This document shows, piece after piece, positions 62,302 through 64,000 of a DNA stretch of 64,000 bases (positions are counted from its first letter, which is position 1; each line of letters opens with the position of its first letter). The notes under the pieces are model-generated. The model was given only the letters and a program-made list of their open reading frames with translations, did not search any database and had not been told where the DNA came from. This stretch comes from an uncultured Rickettsiales bacterium (GTDB lineage Bacteria; Pseudomonadota; Alphaproteobacteria; Rickettsiales; UBA1997): the NCBI GenBank assembly GCA_934747265.1, contig CAKVGI010000001.1, positions 5,499-69,498 of the forward strand, written 5' to 3'. Both the position numbers and the translations under genes were made by a program.

Positions 62302-62916
62302 CTACATAAACATATTATCATCAAGAGATGTAGCAACTAAGCCACTTTTTAGAACTTCTATATCATCTGATAAGTTTTCTAATCTCTCCATTAATTCATT
62401 ATTTTTTTCTTCCTCGTTTATAAATTGGAAAATAATTATATTATTTTTGTATAAAATTGTGCTACCATTATAATCGCTTACTAAATCCATAATTCTTGAT
62501 ATTTGAGGATTATCTTCTTTTACTTTAACTAAAATTAATTCTCTTTCAATATAATTATTTGCTTGAAAATTTGAAGCGCTAACAACAACATCCAATTGTC
62601 TTAAACCATCAATTAATGAATTTATTCTTTGTCTATCACCGGTAATATATAAAATAACTCTATGCTCTAAGTTATTTAATTTAAAGTTAGATAAAACAAG
62701 TCTTTCTATATTCATATTATGATCAGCGCAGTATCCTGTAACTTTTGCTAAACTACCTTTAATATTTCTAATAACAACAGATAATAAACTTTTTTCATCT
62801 TCATTAATTGGTCTTGAAGTTGGATTATCGTTTAAATTATTATTGTTTTTATCTTGTTGATTTGAATCATCCAAAGTTGGAATTTTAACGTCTTTAAAAA
62901 TATTTTCCATTACCAT
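62302..62916 (-). CDS. ACT-domain protein resembling the acetolactate synthase small subunit (IlvH/IlvN-like); orphan
   Basis: LSVVIRNIKGSLAKVTGYCADHNMNIERLVL is ACT-like. RELILVKV is the ALS_ss_C-like part. No large subunit is in the window. Confidence 0.5.
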   Translation of the reverse strand: MVMENIFKDVKIPTLDDSNQQDKNNNNLNDNPTSRPINEDEKSLLSVVIRNIKGSLAKVTGYCADHNMNIERLVLSNFKLNNLEHRVILYITGDRQRINSLIDGLRQLDVVVSASNFQANNYIERELILVKVKEDNPQISRIMDLVSDYNGSTILYKNNIIIFQFINEEEKNNELMERLENLSDDIEVLKSGLVATSLDDNMFM

Positions 62917-63157
62917 ATTATTTTATGAACTTATATTTACATCATATTTTATTTTTTTAAAAAATCAATACAAATTATATTGACAATTTTATATAAAAGA
63001 TTTTATTTTTATTTTAAATAATTATTAATAATAAAATGTATAAAATATTTTTTCTTTTTATTTTAATGCTATCTGCTTGTTCATCTTTTAAAGAGAATAA
63101 TACGCTGGCTATTCCGCCTATTGCAACAGACGAAATACAAATAACACATAATGAATA

Positions 63158-63892
63158 ATGAAAAAAATTACAGAAATTACACCGAGTTTATTTTATTATA
63201 TTCAATATTTATTGATTGAATCTGGAAATGATTCTGATAATTCAAGTTTTGAGGAAATACATAATAGATTATATAATCCTAAAATATTTACACCAGAAGA
63301 GTTTGCGGAAGAGGTTTTTTACGTTATATGTGTTGCTGGATTTAAGCAAACTACCGCTAAAAAAATGTGTAATAAAGTTAAAGATTATATTAAAGAACAT
63401 CAAAATCCGCAATTTGATGATATGATAAAGATTTATGGCAATGTAAATAAAGTTAATGCGATTATTAAAGTTTGGAATAATAGAGCTGATTTACAAAAAA
63501 ATTTTTATTCTTTATCTACACCAGAAGAAAAATTAGATTTTTTATCAAAATTACCACATATTGGAAATATTACAAAATATCATATAGCTAGAAATTTGGG
63601 AATTAATTTTGTAAAATACGATATTTGGATACAAAGATTGGGTGTTGCCTTATATGGTGATGAAGAATATGTGGAAAAAGTAAGCAACAGTAAATTAAAT
63701 CCAAAAATAAAAGAAATGTGCGATAAGATGTTTAGTACATTAGAATCACAAATTAATGAAAAGATTGGATATATTGATGTTGTACTCTGGAAAGCCTGTC
63801 AACAAGGTCTTTTGGTTATAAAAGGTAAAGATGTATTTTTTGATGATGAAAAATTCAAGCCTCAAAAAACATCGCCAGACTTAACAAAGTGA
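63158..63892 (+). CDS. Hypothetical protein with a possible helix-hairpin-helix motif
   Basis: LPHIGNITKYHIARNLGI resembles an HhH element. There is no other support. Confidence 0.25.
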   Translation: MKKITEITPSLFYYIQYLLIESGNDSDNSSFEEIHNRLYNPKIFTPEEFAEEVFYVICVAGFKQTTAKKMCNKVKDYIKEHQNPQFDDMIKIYGNVNKVNAIIKVWNNRADLQKNFYSLSTPEEKLDFLSKLPHIGNITKYHIARNLGINFVKYDIWIQRLGVALYGDEEYVEKVSNSKLNPKIKEMCDKMFSTLESQINEKIGYIDVVLWKACQQGLLVIKGKDVFFDDEKFKPQKTSPDLTK

Positions 63893-64000
63893 TATTTTCC
63901 ATTTGCCATTTTTACTATTAATGTACCATCATTATCTATATCTTCAAATATTCCTTCAATATCGCCAACTTTTATTGTTTGGTGTAGTTTATAGCTTGAT
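63862..64000 (-). CDS. 3' end of a biotin--protein ligase (BirA)-like gene, truncated by the window end
   Basis: My own minus-strand translation from 63999 gives SSYKLHQTIKVGDIEGIFEDIDNDGTLIVKMANGKYHFVKSGDVF*. This matches the BirA C-terminal SH3-like domain pattern (G.F.GID..G.L.......G....SGE/DV). Confidence 0.45.
   Translation of the reverse strand, partial: SSYKLHQTIKVGDIEGIFEDIDNDGTLIVKMANGKYHFVKSGDVF

Overview
This is a very AT-rich bacterial chromosome segment. The 16S sequence looks alphaproteobacterial. The 16S gene (3550-5073) lies about 44 kb from the 23S-5S pair (49411-52380) and has no spacer tRNAs. That layout is typical of Rickettsiales-like host-associated bacteria; this is inferred by eye, with no database search. 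Most genes are housekeeping: rpsP, rpsO-pnp, rpsU, murC, ftsW/rodA, proS, trxB, ppa, trmL, lptFG, yidD, two Mla/Mce lipid-transport loci, a MacB-like permease with a TolC-like protein, comEC and a prepilin-type protein. Four things stand out. (1) Six copies of a 0.5-1.1 kb mosaic intergenic element. Each has two different arrays of degenerate GC-rich hairpin repeats flanking a conserved AT-rich core. The repeat units decay with distance from the core, and an AT-rich inverted repeat in the core carries a compensated indel between copies. (2) A second dispersed element (two copies) carries a near copy of the rRNA P1 promoter. (3) Scattered phage-derived genes sit around the 16S gene: a DUF2793 tail-fibre module, a 5'-truncated polyvalent-type protein and an orphan capsid-like gene. 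(4) A decaying orphan type I-like methylase/specificity locus lies next to the 5S gene and contains a G10 tract and an (AC)5 tract exactly at reading-frame junctions. Other observations are a possible CE-clan (Ulp1-like) protease effector, a stand-alone duplicate of the PNPase S1 domain, a GNAT-NUDIX fusion next to a lysine-less GcvH-like gene, and a SuhB-like protein without the catalytic motifs. All protein calls rest on motif recognition in the supplied translations. No searches were run.
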